In this document: piece after piece, positions 27,037 to 35,547 of the stretch
Numbering within the stretch: the first letter of the stretch is position 1
Layout: the number at the start of each line of letters is the position of its first letter
Source: Methanomassiliicoccales archaeon
GTDB lineage: Archaea > Thermoplasmatota > Thermoplasmata > Methanomassiliicoccales > UBA472
NCBI GenBank assembly: GCA_040768245.1
Contig: JAXGNA010000008.1
Location: forward strand, 1,812 to 65,811
DNA length: 64,000 nucleotides
Direction: 5' to 3'
The notes under the pieces: generated by a model
Database searches by the model: none
Seen by the model: the letters and a program-made list of their open reading frames with translations, nothing else
Told to the model about the DNA's origin: nothing
Program-made: the position numbers and the translations under genes

Positions 27037-27474
27037 ATGCGCGTACTGGTCATCTATGACACCGTCTCCGGGAACACGGAGAGGATCGCCCAGCTGATCG
27101 CCGAGGAGCTGGCGGCGTCCGGTAACGAGGTCTCCTGCCGAATGCAGTCCGTTTCCGGGGAGGAGGATTTCGTCGGAGTTCCACTATGGGTGATCGGCTC
27201 GCCGACCCACTGGGGCCGGGCACGGTTCCGTTTCAGCACGCTCCTTCGCAACGCCTTGAAGGACGCCGGGAAGGACCATGATTTTGTTACCTTCGATACG
27301 CGATACGAGAAGGTGCATTCGGGGGCCGCCGACCGGGTTCACCGCTTGCTGGTCAAAGAAGGACTGCGACCTTTGATGGGGCCTCAATTCTTTGTGGTGG
27401 AAGGGAGCGAGCTGCGTAAGGGAGAAGAGGAGAAGGCGCGTGATCTAGGGCGCACCATCGCCTCACTGCTCTGA
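27037..27474 (+). CDS. flavodoxin-family protein
   Basis: 145 aa from 'MRVLVIYDTVSGNTERIAQLIAEEL' (flavodoxin FMN-phosphate loop T/S-x-T-G-x-T) and 'VIGSPTHWG'. Confidence 0.72.
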   Translation: MRVLVIYDTVSGNTERIAQLIAEELAASGNEVSCRMQSVSGEEDFVGVPLWVIGSPTHWGRARFRFSTLLRNALKDAGKDHDFVTFDTRYEKVHSGAADRVHRLLVKEGLRPLMGPQFFVVEGSELRKGEEEKARDLGRTIASLL

Positions 27475-28800
27475 GGTCCCTTCCGAAGATGTATCCTCCA
27501 TCATCCCTTCCACGTTAGTGGAGAGCAGCAGGAGGATAGCGCAGATTATGAACAGCGAGGCTATCAGGAAGAGCGCCTCGTAGCCGAAGTATTGGGCCAC
27601 CAGACCGCCGAACAGCGAGCCGATTATCGTGGATATCCCGCGGACGGAGGAGTACATGCCCATGGACTGGCTTCGGAACGACCGGTAGGACATCCTGGCC
27701 ACCAGGGAGTCGCCGGCCACGGCCAGCAGGGCCCAGCACATACCGGCCAGACCGCTCAGGACGCACATCAGGACGAAGACGCCGCCCAGCCCCAGGGGCA
27801 GAAGGGTCACCAGGAAGAAGGAGGGGAATATCAGCACGCGCAGCCCGAACGCCAGGGCCTGGACCTTTCTTCCGCCGTACCTCTCCACCAGCTTGCCGGC
27901 CTTGGAGTACAGAAGCGCGGAGACGAAGGAGCTGGACAGGTAGACCGTGAAGACCTCGGCGCTGCTCATCCCGACCTGGCGGGCGAGGTAGGTCGGCAAT
28001 GCCACGTAAAAGCACAGGAAACCGGTGAAGGCCAGGAACACCACCGCGTAGTACCGCTTGAGATTGGAGGGGAAGTTGCGGAGGCGGAGGTTCTTCTGGG
28101 ACATCTCCACCACGTAGAGCAGGCGCTGCGGCATGAACCGCAGCTTTTCCATCAGGTAGGAAGGGATCTTCAGAAGCTCCATCGGGGGCAGCTGTTGGCG
28201 GCTGAGCTTCTCCAGAGGCTCCTTCATGTAGCGCCAGCCCAGGAACACCGAGAGGAACCCCAGTGCGCCGGCCAATATGAACAGCCCCCGCATCGGGTTG
28301 GCGTCCCCGTCGGAGGGGAAGGCCATCAGCCAGAGCGTCCCCAGCAACAAGCCGATGACCCAGCCTATACCTCCCACCTTGCTGAAATCGCCCAGCCTCT
28401 TCGGCCATTCGTCCTTTCGGAAGCATTCCAGCACCATCACCGTTCCGACGGGAGCGATGGCCGCCCCCAGGAAGCCGAAGATGAAGTTGGCGATGTAATA
28501 TTCGGAGATGCTCTGTGACAGACCCATAAGGATGAGGGAGAAGGCCACCCCTAAGAAGCCGGCCAGTACGAACGGCACGCGACGCTTGGAGGTGTCCGAG
28601 AGGTTGCCCCAGAGGATCCCGGCAGGTACCGAGGCCAAGGAGGTAGCTGCGCTGACTATGCCCACCTGGGCCACCGTGCCCTTCAGCCCCTCAGTTATGA
28701 AGAGGGGGATAAGGGCGTTGGTGCTTCCTCCCGAAATGTTGTAGGGAAGGAACGAATAGTACCAGCGGTCGTCCTTGAGCCCGTCCTTGACCATGTCCAC
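27463..28800 (-). CDS. MFS transporter
   Basis: 445 aa with about 12 TM helices. 'GNLSDTSKRRVPF' matches the MFS loop 2-3 motif (G-x-L-x-D-R/K-x-G-R-R). Confidence 0.78.
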   Translation of the reverse strand: MDMVKDGLKDDRWYYSFLPYNISGGSTNALIPLFITEGLKGTVAQVGIVSAATSLASVPAGILWGNLSDTSKRRVPFVLAGFLGVAFSLILMGLSQSISEYYIANFIFGFLGAAIAPVGTVMVLECFRKDEWPKRLGDFSKVGGIGWVIGLLLGTLWLMAFPSDGDANPMRGLFILAGALGFLSVFLGWRYMKEPLEKLSRQQLPPMELLKIPSYLMEKLRFMPQRLLYVVEMSQKNLRLRNFPSNLKRYYAVVFLAFTGFLCFYVALPTYLARQVGMSSAEVFTVYLSSSFVSALLYSKAGKLVERYGGRKVQALAFGLRVLIFPSFFLVTLLPLGLGGVFVLMCVLSGLAGMCWALLAVAGDSLVARMSYRSFRSQSMGMYSSVRGISTIIGSLFGGLVAQYFGYEALFLIASLFIICAILLLLSTNVEGMMEDTSSEGTSEQ

Positions 28801-28853
28801 AGGGGATTGTTGGCCCAGGTGGATAAACTATGCGGTTCCACAAATGACGATGC

Positions 28854-29192
28854 TCAGGCCGCTCCCAGCAGAACGGCTGACGCCACGGAGAGCAATACCG
28901 CCAGGGAGACCAGGACGAACCTGCGGTCGCCTTCCCTGATGAACACACAGAGCGCCCCGATGACCCGGGCCAGGGGGGTGGCGATCAGCAGGACTATGCC
29001 CAGGGTCAGGAACGCCGCCGGGTCCAGCTCCAAAATGCGGGACGGGACCTTCTCCAGGGCGACCACCGAGGCTTCCTGGATCCCGGTGACGATTCCCAGC
29101 GCCAGGCCGAAGAGCATTAGCGCCAGGCTCAGGACCATCCCCCAGCGAAGGATCGGCTGTACCACGCCGCACAGGGCGGACTGGGAAGGCAT
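28854..29192 (-). CDS. DUF1634 membrane protein (TauE partner)
   Basis: 112 aa from 'MPSQSAL'. 'ILRWGMVLSLALMLFGLALG' and 'LGIVLLIATPLARVIGALCVFIREGDRRFVLVSLAVL' fit DUF1634. TGATG junction with the upstream TauE gene. The rest of track ORF 28854..30002 is an out-of-frame artefact. Confidence 0.65.
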   Translation of the reverse strand: MPSQSALCGVVQPILRWGMVLSLALMLFGLALGIVTGIQEASVVALEKVPSRILELDPAAFLTLGIVLLIATPLARVIGALCVFIREGDRRFVLVSLAVLLSVASAVLLGAA

Positions 29193-30037
29193 CAGGCACC
29201 CCCCCACAGGCCGAAGGCCTTCAGGACCATGGTGATGGCCACGATGAAGAGCAGTCCGGAGAACCACCTGCGCAGATCGCTCGAGGAGTACCTGGCCATG
29301 AGCATTGTTCCTATGTACGCGCCCCCGAACGTTCCTAGGGCCACCGCCGCGCAGAGGTAGGCGTCCAGAAGTCCATGGCCGTAGAAGATTATCGCCCCGG
29401 TGAGGGCGGTCACCCCGATCATGAAATTGCTGGTGGCCGTGGCCGCCTTCAACGGCACGCACATGCACACGTTCATCACTGGTACCTTGACCAGCCCGCC
29501 GCCCACCCCCAGCAGACCGGAGAGCATCCCGGCCACGCTGCTGTAGGCCAGCCCCTTCCTGAGCCCCTTGACCCCATAGCTTACCTGGCAGCTGCTCTTG
29601 GGATCCACGTACTGGCAGGACAGGTCCACCATCTGCCCCTCCGCCGCCGCCTGCTCCGGGGTGAACAGGACCTCGGTGCGGCGGAGCATGGTGAATCCAG
29701 CGTACACCAGGAGCATGGAGAAGAGAAGGAAAAGCAGGGTCTGGTTGGTATATACGGCGATGAGCGCCCCGACGATCGAACCGACGGTGGTGGACATCTC
29801 CAGGAAAAGGGCCAGACGTACGTTGGTCAGTCCTTGCTTCACGTACTTGCTGGCCGCCCCGGTGGAGGTGGCGATCACCCCGATCAGGCTGGCGCCTATG
29901 GCCTCCTGCATCGGTACGCCGAAGCCGAGGGTCAGCAGCGGGATGATGATAAGTCCGCCGCCGATGCCCATCAGCGCCCCGATGGTGCCAGCGCTCATGC
30001 ACAGTAGGGCGATGAGCAGCAGCACCAGGGGGTCCAT
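29192..30037 (-). CDS. sulfite/anion exporter TauE/SafE family protein
   Basis: About 281 aa from 'MDPLVLLLIALLCMSAGTIGALMGIGGGLIIIPLL', with a second half-repeat 'GLLGVGGGLVKVPVM'. An alternative ATG lies at 30064. Confidence 0.8.
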   Translation of the reverse strand: MDPLVLLLIALLCMSAGTIGALMGIGGGLIIIPLLTLGFGVPMQEAIGASLIGVIATSTGAASKYVKQGLTNVRLALFLEMSTTVGSIVGALIAVYTNQTLLFLLFSMLLVYAGFTMLRRTEVLFTPEQAAAEGQMVDLSCQYVDPKSSCQVSYGVKGLRKGLAYSSVAGMLSGLLGVGGGLVKVPVMNVCMCVPLKAATATSNFMIGVTALTGAIIFYGHGLLDAYLCAAVALGTFGGAYIGTMLMARYSSSDLRRWFSGLLFIVAITMVLKAFGLWGGA

Positions 30038-30112
30038 CGTGCGGCGATGACCTGACGAGGACATAATGCTAGCGGGAGAATGGTTTATAACCCCGCGGGA
30101 CATGAAAGGGGC

Positions 30113-30964
30113 ATGGGCCTGCTGCTGGTCAGGTACGCGGAGATGGGTCTCAAGAGCCCGGGGGTGCGCCGTTACTTCGAGAAGGTGCTCACCCATAACA
30201 TGATGGCCGCCCTGGCCCGGGAGAGGTTGGAAGCCTTCGTGGAGAGCCAGTACGGTCGTCTATTTGTGACCACCGACCGGCCGGAAGAGACCGCCGCGAC
30301 GCTCAGGCGGGTCTTCGGCATATCGTCCCTGAGCCATGTCCGGGAATGCTCTTCGGAGGTCAAGGACATCAGGAGGTTGGCGCTTGAGGTGGCCACCCCA
30401 CTGCTGAAGGACGGCTCGACATTCAGGGTGGAGGCCCGCCGTAACGGTGTGCATCCGTACACCAGCATGCAGCTGGCCGCCCAGGCTGGCGAGGAGATCT
30501 ACGAGGCCCATAAGCATCGCGGGGTGCGGGTGGACCTGCATCATCCCGACCTGGTCGTCTACGTGGAGGTTCGCGACCGCCGGGCGTACGTTTTCAGCGA
30601 GTACCTGGATGGCCCTGGAGGGCTTCCCATGGGCAGCCAGGGGAAGGTGGTGGCCTTGATCCGCGACGAGAGGGACGCCCTGGCCGCCTGGATGATGATG
30701 AAGAGGGGCTGCCGAGCCCTGTTCGTGGTGGAGAACGAGGAGACCATGCGTATCCTGGAGCGCTGGGACCCCGAACCCCGCAAGGTCAGCGGCCCGGCGG
30801 GCAAGGCCGTGCAGGCCAACAAGGCCTTCGGCCTGGTGGTGGGCTGGTCCCTGGATGAGCTTCAGGATAACATAACGTTGAACACCGATGTCCCGGTGTA
30901 CCATCCGCTGGTCGGGATGGGAAATGAAGAAGTGGAAAGGCGTTTGAAAGAGATCAAAGGGTAG
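30113..30964 (+). CDS. ThiI-like THUMP-domain protein with degenerate, truncated PP-loop domain
   Basis: 283 aa. 'LLLVRYAEMGLKSPGVRRYFEKVL' is a ThiI N-terminus, and a THUMP region follows ('FRVEARRNG...PDLVVYVEVRDRRAYV'). Where ThiI has 'LLSGGIDS', this protein reads 'ALIRDERDA', and it ends about 85 aa later. Confidence 0.68.
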   Translation: MGLLLVRYAEMGLKSPGVRRYFEKVLTHNMMAALARERLEAFVESQYGRLFVTTDRPEETAATLRRVFGISSLSHVRECSSEVKDIRRLALEVATPLLKDGSTFRVEARRNGVHPYTSMQLAAQAGEEIYEAHKHRGVRVDLHHPDLVVYVEVRDRRAYVFSEYLDGPGGLPMGSQGKVVALIRDERDALAAWMMMKRGCRALFVVENEETMRILERWDPEPRKVSGPAGKAVQANKAFGLVVGWSLDELQDNITLNTDVPVYHPLVGMGNEEVERRLKEIKG

Positions 30965-30973
30965 GCGTTGCGC

Positions 30974-31612
30974 CTACTTTATCTGCCTGTCGTGGGCCTT
31001 GACGGACGGGCGCGCCTTCTCCGCACCCTTGCCCTTCCAGTGCAGCCCGCGTCCCTTGCGCCCGGCGGAGGTCTTGCCGCGGAAGACCCTGTTCTTGTTG
31101 GCGTTGTCGCACAGCCAGTTCAGGTTCTTGTCCGCCTTGATGGAGGGGTGGTGCTTGTCCACCAGGATGACCTCGTACCAGACGTTCTTGCCGTCCTCGC
31201 CGACCCAGTAGGAGTTGAGCACCTCGAGGTTGGGGTAGCGCTTGGCGGCCCTCTCCTCGGCGATCCGCTTCAGGCTCTTGCCCATGGTGATCTTCTTCAT
31301 ACCCTCGCGCTTGGCACGGCGTCCCTTGTATCCCATGCGCTTCTGCAGTCCGCCCTTGCGGACGTGGCCGCGGACCACGATGATCCCCTGCTTGGCCTTG
31401 TAGCCCAGAGCGCGGGCGCGGTCCAGACGGGTGGGCCTCTCCAGGCGGCAGAAGTTGGGCTCCCGCCTCCAGAGTATGAGCCTCTCCCACATCAGTCCCT
31501 TAACGTAAGAAGCATCGGGCCGGTCCCAGGCGTCGGAGATGTAGGAGTACATGCTCTTTCCGTTCACTGGCCTGGGCCCTTCCTCGTTATCGTCGACCTT
31601 TTTGTCTACCAT
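30974..31612 (-). CDS. rpl15e: 50S ribosomal protein L15e
   Basis: 'YSYISDAW', '[33 protein letters not shown]' and '[11 protein letters not shown]' are colinear with archaeal L15e. ATG 31612 is preceded by GGTGAT (anti-SD match) at 4 nt. Alternatives are GTG 31621 and ATG 31552 ('MYSYISD'). Confidence 0.9.
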   Translation of the reverse strand: MVDKKVDDNEEGPRPVNGKSMYSYISDAWDRPDASYVKGLMWERLILWRREPNFCRLERPTRLDRARALGYKAKQGIIVVRGHVRKGGLQKRMGYKGRRAKREGMKKITMGKSLKRIAEERAAKRYPNLEVLNSYWVGEDGKNVWYEVILVDKHHPSIKADKNLNWLCDNANKNRVFRGKTSAGRKGRGLHWKGKGAEKARPSVKAHDRQIK

Positions 31613-31701
31613 TTGTATCACCAGTGCCGCCGTTGGCGGCGCTTCGGGATTCGCCCCTTGCGGGGTACAACTCCGGCGAGACTTGTCTCGCTACGAAGCC
31701 C
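31613..31701 (-). ncRNA. structured 5' leader or small RNA upstream of rpl15e (4 helices)
   Basis: Minus-strand sequence: GGGCTTCG-TA-GCGAGA(CAAG)TCTCGC-CGGAGTTGTA-CCCC(GCAA)GGGG-CGAATC-CGAAGC-GCCGCC(AAC)GGCGGC. A 6-bp closing helix encloses two hairpins, one with a GNRA loop. A fourth 6-bp hairpin abuts the SD. It begins about 20-25 nt downstream of a TTTAAATA box. Confidence 0.35.
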
Positions 31702-31717
31702 ACAGATAATGTAGCCC

Positions 31718-31725
31718 TATTTAAA
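31718..31725 (-). promoter_or_regulatory. putative TATA box (TTTAAATA) for the rpl15e transcript
   Basis: A consensus-like archaeal TATA element on the minus strand, about 20-25 nt upstream of the first base of the structured leader. Confidence 0.4.
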
Positions 31726-31872
31726 CGATATGATTTACGAATGGGATGGATGATGATTTAATTAATGAGTTTCGATTACGGCCATCCGATAGATATATAT
31801 TCTTTGTAATGTTTTGAAGAATTGGATTCGGTCCCTCACCAGGCATCGTTTCCGCATGTATCGCACTATGGT

Positions 31873-33054
31873 TTATTTGTCTTGTAAACTTTTTATTTTC
31901 TTCCTTAGATCTTTAGCCTTGATCATTTCGATATCGAAACCATCGGCCAAGGTCTGAGCGACCTTCTTGGAATTGTCACCCATATAGACCAACACGTCTC
32001 CATCTCGCACCTTATCACTGTCCGAGAAACGATCGTAGAACTGAACGCAACCTCCCAGCCTCTCAGCGTATATTAGAGCCGCATGGAACGGATCTTGGTA
32101 TTGGACCGTTTTGGAAAACTTTTTCGATATTGGCACGGAAGGGGCTGGCGACGGTCCGTCCATGACATGAGGTTCAGCGATGGGGATCTTTTCAAGCTGA
32201 TCAACCAGGAAGAAGACGATCGGCCTTGCCATGAAGGACGTGGTATCAATCAACTGGTCATCATACCATGTGAATTTTGTAAGGACCTTGTGGTCCAAGA
32301 ATCGACAATCGGTCTTGAAGCTACAGTCCTCCCACACCTCGTGAACATTGTCTGGTCGCAATCCTCTGTAGAGCATTGGATCTGTGGCCGGCCCTGGTTT
32401 CCTATGATAGAGCCTTGTATCGGTAAGGAAGGCGATCATGTCGGAGATGGATATGAATGGATTGCACTCATCACCATGAGAAAAAATGGTGGGCGAGCAT
32501 TTTGATGAAAGCTCATCCCAGGCGATGGTGTTCTTGGACCTGAAACCATCTATCATGAGCTCATATTCCTCTCCGTCCTTTCTCCTCATATAGTTCCAAG
32601 CGGAGATGTACGAGAACATCGGTCCTAGAGATCGCACGAATTCCTCCGTCCTCAGATTGACGAGCGGACATCTGGAACCGCCGACCTTGACCTCAGGCCT
32701 ATCTTTTGGAGGAAGAACGACATAGGAGACATGGATGGATTCGATCTGATCTTGGATCGCATCGATCAGCTTATTAGAATAAGCGATCGCTTTACTCATG
32801 TTCAGATCTTTCTTTAATTGATTAGAGGATAGGAATCGTAGTTCGTTCGAGATTTCGAACTCTTTTTTCAACACCCCATTGGTGGATAAAAATTCCTCCT
32901 GGAACCCATCAGCGTCCTTGAAGGTCACCCCGACACCTAATGGAGAGAAGAAACCCCTGTATCTCTTCTCGACCGAGCTAGGATCTGACCGATCGACCCT
33001 TTGTTCAACTCTGGACCTGTTGAAGTCCTTGGCATCGAAGGCCACTACCTTCAT
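31873..33054 (-). CDS. orphan hypothetical protein (393 aa) in an AT-rich island; weak DUF3800-like motif layout
   Basis: Long intact ORF whose G+C is clearly lower than its neighbours. Start is 'MKVVAFDAKDF' at ATG 33054; the track uses GTG 33069. The motif order 'VVAFDAKD' ... 'IHVSYVVLP' ... 'ELMIDGFRS' ... 'SHGDECNPFISISDMIAFL' resembles DUF3800. That comparison is from memory, not a search. Confidence 0.7.
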   Translation of the reverse strand: MKVVAFDAKDFNRSRVEQRVDRSDPSSVEKRYRGFFSPLGVGVTFKDADGFQEEFLSTNGVLKKEFEISNELRFLSSNQLKKDLNMSKAIAYSNKLIDAIQDQIESIHVSYVVLPPKDRPEVKVGGSRCPLVNLRTEEFVRSLGPMFSYISAWNYMRRKDGEEYELMIDGFRSKNTIAWDELSSKCSPTIFSHGDECNPFISISDMIAFLTDTRLYHRKPGPATDPMLYRGLRPDNVHEVWEDCSFKTDCRFLDHKVLTKFTWYDDQLIDTTSFMARPIVFFLVDQLEKIPIAEPHVMDGPSPAPSVPISKKFSKTVQYQDPFHAALIYAERLGGCVQFYDRFSDSDKVRDGDVLVYMGDNSKKVAQTLADGFDIEMIKAKDLRKKIKSLQDK

Positions 33055-33075
33055 GGCGTTTTGATGCACATCAAG

Positions 33076-33086
33076 ATATATTATTT
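33076..33086 (-). promoter_or_regulatory. putative TATA box (AAATAATATAT) for the orphan gene, leaderless geometry
   Basis: Centred about 27 nt upstream of ATG 33054, in the 55-nt gap after the polB stop. The spacing fits transcription starting at or next to the start codon. Confidence 0.4.
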
Positions 33087-33109
33087 CATCTCATAGAATT
33101 AATCGGGGC

Positions 33110-35545
33110 TCACATGAAGTCATCAAGTGACAGCTTCTTGTCGGTCTTCCTGACCTGCTCCAGATTGATCTTCGGCCTATCCTCCTCAGGACCATAATCG
33201 AACAGGTTGGCCTGCTGGTTGCCGTTCAGCAGGTCCTTCTCCCCCCAGCCGAAGACCTCCGTGGCCCGGGAGAGCGTCTGCGCCAGGCGCTCCGCGTAAT
33301 ATCGGTAATCGGGAGCATAGGTGAACTCCTGCCCGGAGATGTACGGCTGAACCTCCTGCGGCTTCCTACGGAAGTTGGTGACTATCCAAGAAACCTTCAT
33401 CCCCGGCACGAACTCGTAGCCCATCTCCATCAGCTTCTTGGCCGTCTGCACCGTGGCCTGGGCGTCCGGGTTGGCGTATTCGTTGAACTTGCGGCAGCCC
33501 TTGGAGATTACCAGCTTTTCCAATGGGACCTTGCCGGCCAGGGTGTCCTGGACGTAGCTGCGGGCGGCCTTCACCGCCTCGTCGGTCTTGCCGTCCATGA
33601 TGAACTCGAAGACGGTCATGAGCGACTCGGACTGCAGGTCGAAGGAATCGGTGCGGCGCACCTCGTAGCCGCGGATGATCAGCTCCTCCTTGGGCCAGAC
33701 CATTCGGCCCACGTAACGCTTCTTCTTGCCGTGCGAGAACAGTGGCTCCATGATCTTCTCGAACTCCAGGGAGCCGCCCTCCTTGGAGAAGCGTGTGGCC
33801 AGCTCCTTTCCGAAGCTCAGGGAACCCTCCAGGTTCTCATGGGGCGATTGGACGAAGACCGAGTCGGTGTCCGAATAGATCACGTTCACCCCTTCGTCCG
33901 ACAGCGATTTGATGATGCCCTTGGTGGTCTCCCTGGCGAAGGCGGTTATGCTTCCCCCGATGGAGCGGTCGGTGAAGCGGTAGAAGGAGGAGGCGAACAC
34001 CCCGTAGAAGGAGTTCATGAGGATCTTGATGGCCCCCTGCAATCCGTCGTAATAGTGCGCCTCCTCGGGGTCCTTGGCCTTCTTGGCCAAGGCCTTGGTC
34101 TCATCCCTCCGACGCATCAGGTCGGACAGGATGGAGGGCAGTATTCCAGGCTGCTGTTCCTTGCTCAGGAAGTGCACCCCCAGCGGGGACACGATGGTGC
34201 CGCGATCATCGCGGGTGGTGAAGCAGATGTTCCTGGATATGATCAGGCTGGGGTACATGGACTTGAAGTCCAGGACGCAGACCCAGTGGTACACGCCCGG
34301 GGATATCTCGTGGACGTAACCACCCTCGATGGCGTTCTCCTCATCATCGTCATAGTTGCCGGTGAGCGGAACGGCGACCTGCGGCGCGTGGCGATCGGCG
34401 GCGCGGATCATGATGGCGTCAATTAGCTGAGAGGAACCGGAGTTCAGCACATCGTCCACCGGCATGCGGGACACCGCGGCCAGGTCCATCCCCTTCCGGA
34501 TGCGACCGACCTTGCCCAGTATCTTTAGTGCCAGCTCGGCGTCGCGCGTGCAGTAGGCCAGCACCTTGTCGCGGTTGTTGAGCCATTCCTTGTCTATGGC
34601 CCGGGGATCGTAATCCTCCCCGACCTTCATCTTCATGTCCACGTCCAGCTTCTCCTCGCCCAGGAGCGATTTGGAGACGGCGTTCAACGTTTCCTGTTTT
34701 GGCTTGATCTCGATCTTGACCGCCCACCAGGCGTCCGCTATCAATCGACCGGTGCAGCGCCAGAACTTGTTCATGACCCGGCGGGGATTGGAGCGGTCGC
34801 GGCCCCACTTCAGCTCGTCGATGCCGTACTTTTTGGCACGCTCCATGATGAACGGGATGTCGTAACCGTCGATGTTGTAGCCGGTGATGACGTCGGGGTC
34901 CTCCATCTGGATGACCTCGGTGAACCTTTCGATCATCTCCTTCTCCGTACCGACCACGGGCTCGCCGGCCCTCACCCCCGATTCGTCCTTGATCACGTAG
35001 CAGATGGTGTAGATCGTCTCGTCGGTGATGGAGTTCTCGATGTCGAAGCTCAGGATCTTGAGCTTGGGGGTGAAAGGAGGTATCTCGGTGAAGCCACGAA
35101 GGTTCACGACCAGATCGGTGGTGTAGTCGCCCTTTATCTCCTCACCGCGGGCGGTGAAGCAGGCCGGCAGGTCGTTGTCGTAAATGAAGCGGTGGTGGAA
35201 CGGTATGTCGGCGGCGAAGACCTCCATCCCCTGGCGCTTGAGCTCGCTGCGGTACTGCGGCACGGCCCAGGGGAACTTGATGATGACCTTGGAGCATTTC
35301 TGGACCCGGCCCTTGTTGATCAGGAAGAGGTCCACCGGCTCGATGCCCAGGAAATCATCCTTGCCCTGGACGTAAGGCAGCACGTCCTCCGGAGGGGCGG
35401 CCACGTGGAAATATGGACGGAAGCCGGTCTTGCGCAGGGTGATCGATCTGCCGTCACGGGTCTTGCCGAACAGCTCGACCACTATGCCATCATTATCTCC
35501 CCTCGAATAGGAGGCGGTCAGAAGCCGAACGTCCCATTCACCCAT
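33110..35545 (-). CDS. polB: family B DNA polymerase (replicative PolB)
   Basis: 811 aa. Exo I 'LSFDIEN', Pol motif A 'DFKSMYPSLII', motif B 'KILMNSFYGV', motif C 'YSDTDSVFV'. Confidence 0.95.
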   Translation of the reverse strand: MGEWDVRLLTASYSRGDNDGIVVELFGKTRDGRSITLRKTGFRPYFHVAAPPEDVLPYVQGKDDFLGIEPVDLFLINKGRVQKCSKVIIKFPWAVPQYRSELKRQGMEVFAADIPFHHRFIYDNDLPACFTARGEEIKGDYTTDLVVNLRGFTEIPPFTPKLKILSFDIENSITDETIYTICYVIKDESGVRAGEPVVGTEKEMIERFTEVIQMEDPDVITGYNIDGYDIPFIMERAKKYGIDELKWGRDRSNPRRVMNKFWRCTGRLIADAWWAVKIEIKPKQETLNAVSKSLLGEEKLDVDMKMKVGEDYDPRAIDKEWLNNRDKVLAYCTRDAELALKILGKVGRIRKGMDLAAVSRMPVDDVLNSGSSQLIDAIMIRAADRHAPQVAVPLTGNYDDDEENAIEGGYVHEISPGVYHWVCVLDFKSMYPSLIISRNICFTTRDDRGTIVSPLGVHFLSKEQQPGILPSILSDLMRRRDETKALAKKAKDPEEAHYYDGLQGAIKILMNSFYGVFASSFYRFTDRSIGGSITAFARETTKGIIKSLSDEGVNVIYSDTDSVFVQSPHENLEGSLSFGKELATRFSKEGGSLEFEKIMEPLFSHGKKKRYVGRMVWPKEELIIRGYEVRRTDSFDLQSESLMTVFEFIMDGKTDEAVKAARSYVQDTLAGKVPLEKLVISKGCRKFNEYANPDAQATVQTAKKLMEMGYEFVPGMKVSWIVTNFRRKPQEVQPYISGQEFTYAPDYRYYAERLAQTLSRATEVFGWGEKDLLNGNQQANLFDYGPEEDRPKINLEQVRKTDKKLSLDDFM

Positions 35546-35547
35546 GT

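Noticed and set aside
26853-27053. 66-aa minus-strand ORF upstream of the UPF0104 gene
   Set aside because: It lies in the divergent promoter region, overlaps the start of the flavodoxin ORF, and has no motif or RBS.
29193-30002. N-terminal 270 codons of track ORF 28854..30002
   Set aside because: This part lies out of frame within the TauE/SafE gene. Only the last 112 codons, from ATG 29192, encode a plausible DUF1634 membrane protein.
31741-31800. A second GATGATGA (C-box-like) motif and a 6-bp inverted repeat GGATGG...CCATCC in the AT-rich spacer
   Set aside because: No D box follows within 70 nt, and the inverted repeat is short with a 32-nt loop. Both are probably chance in AT-rich sequence.
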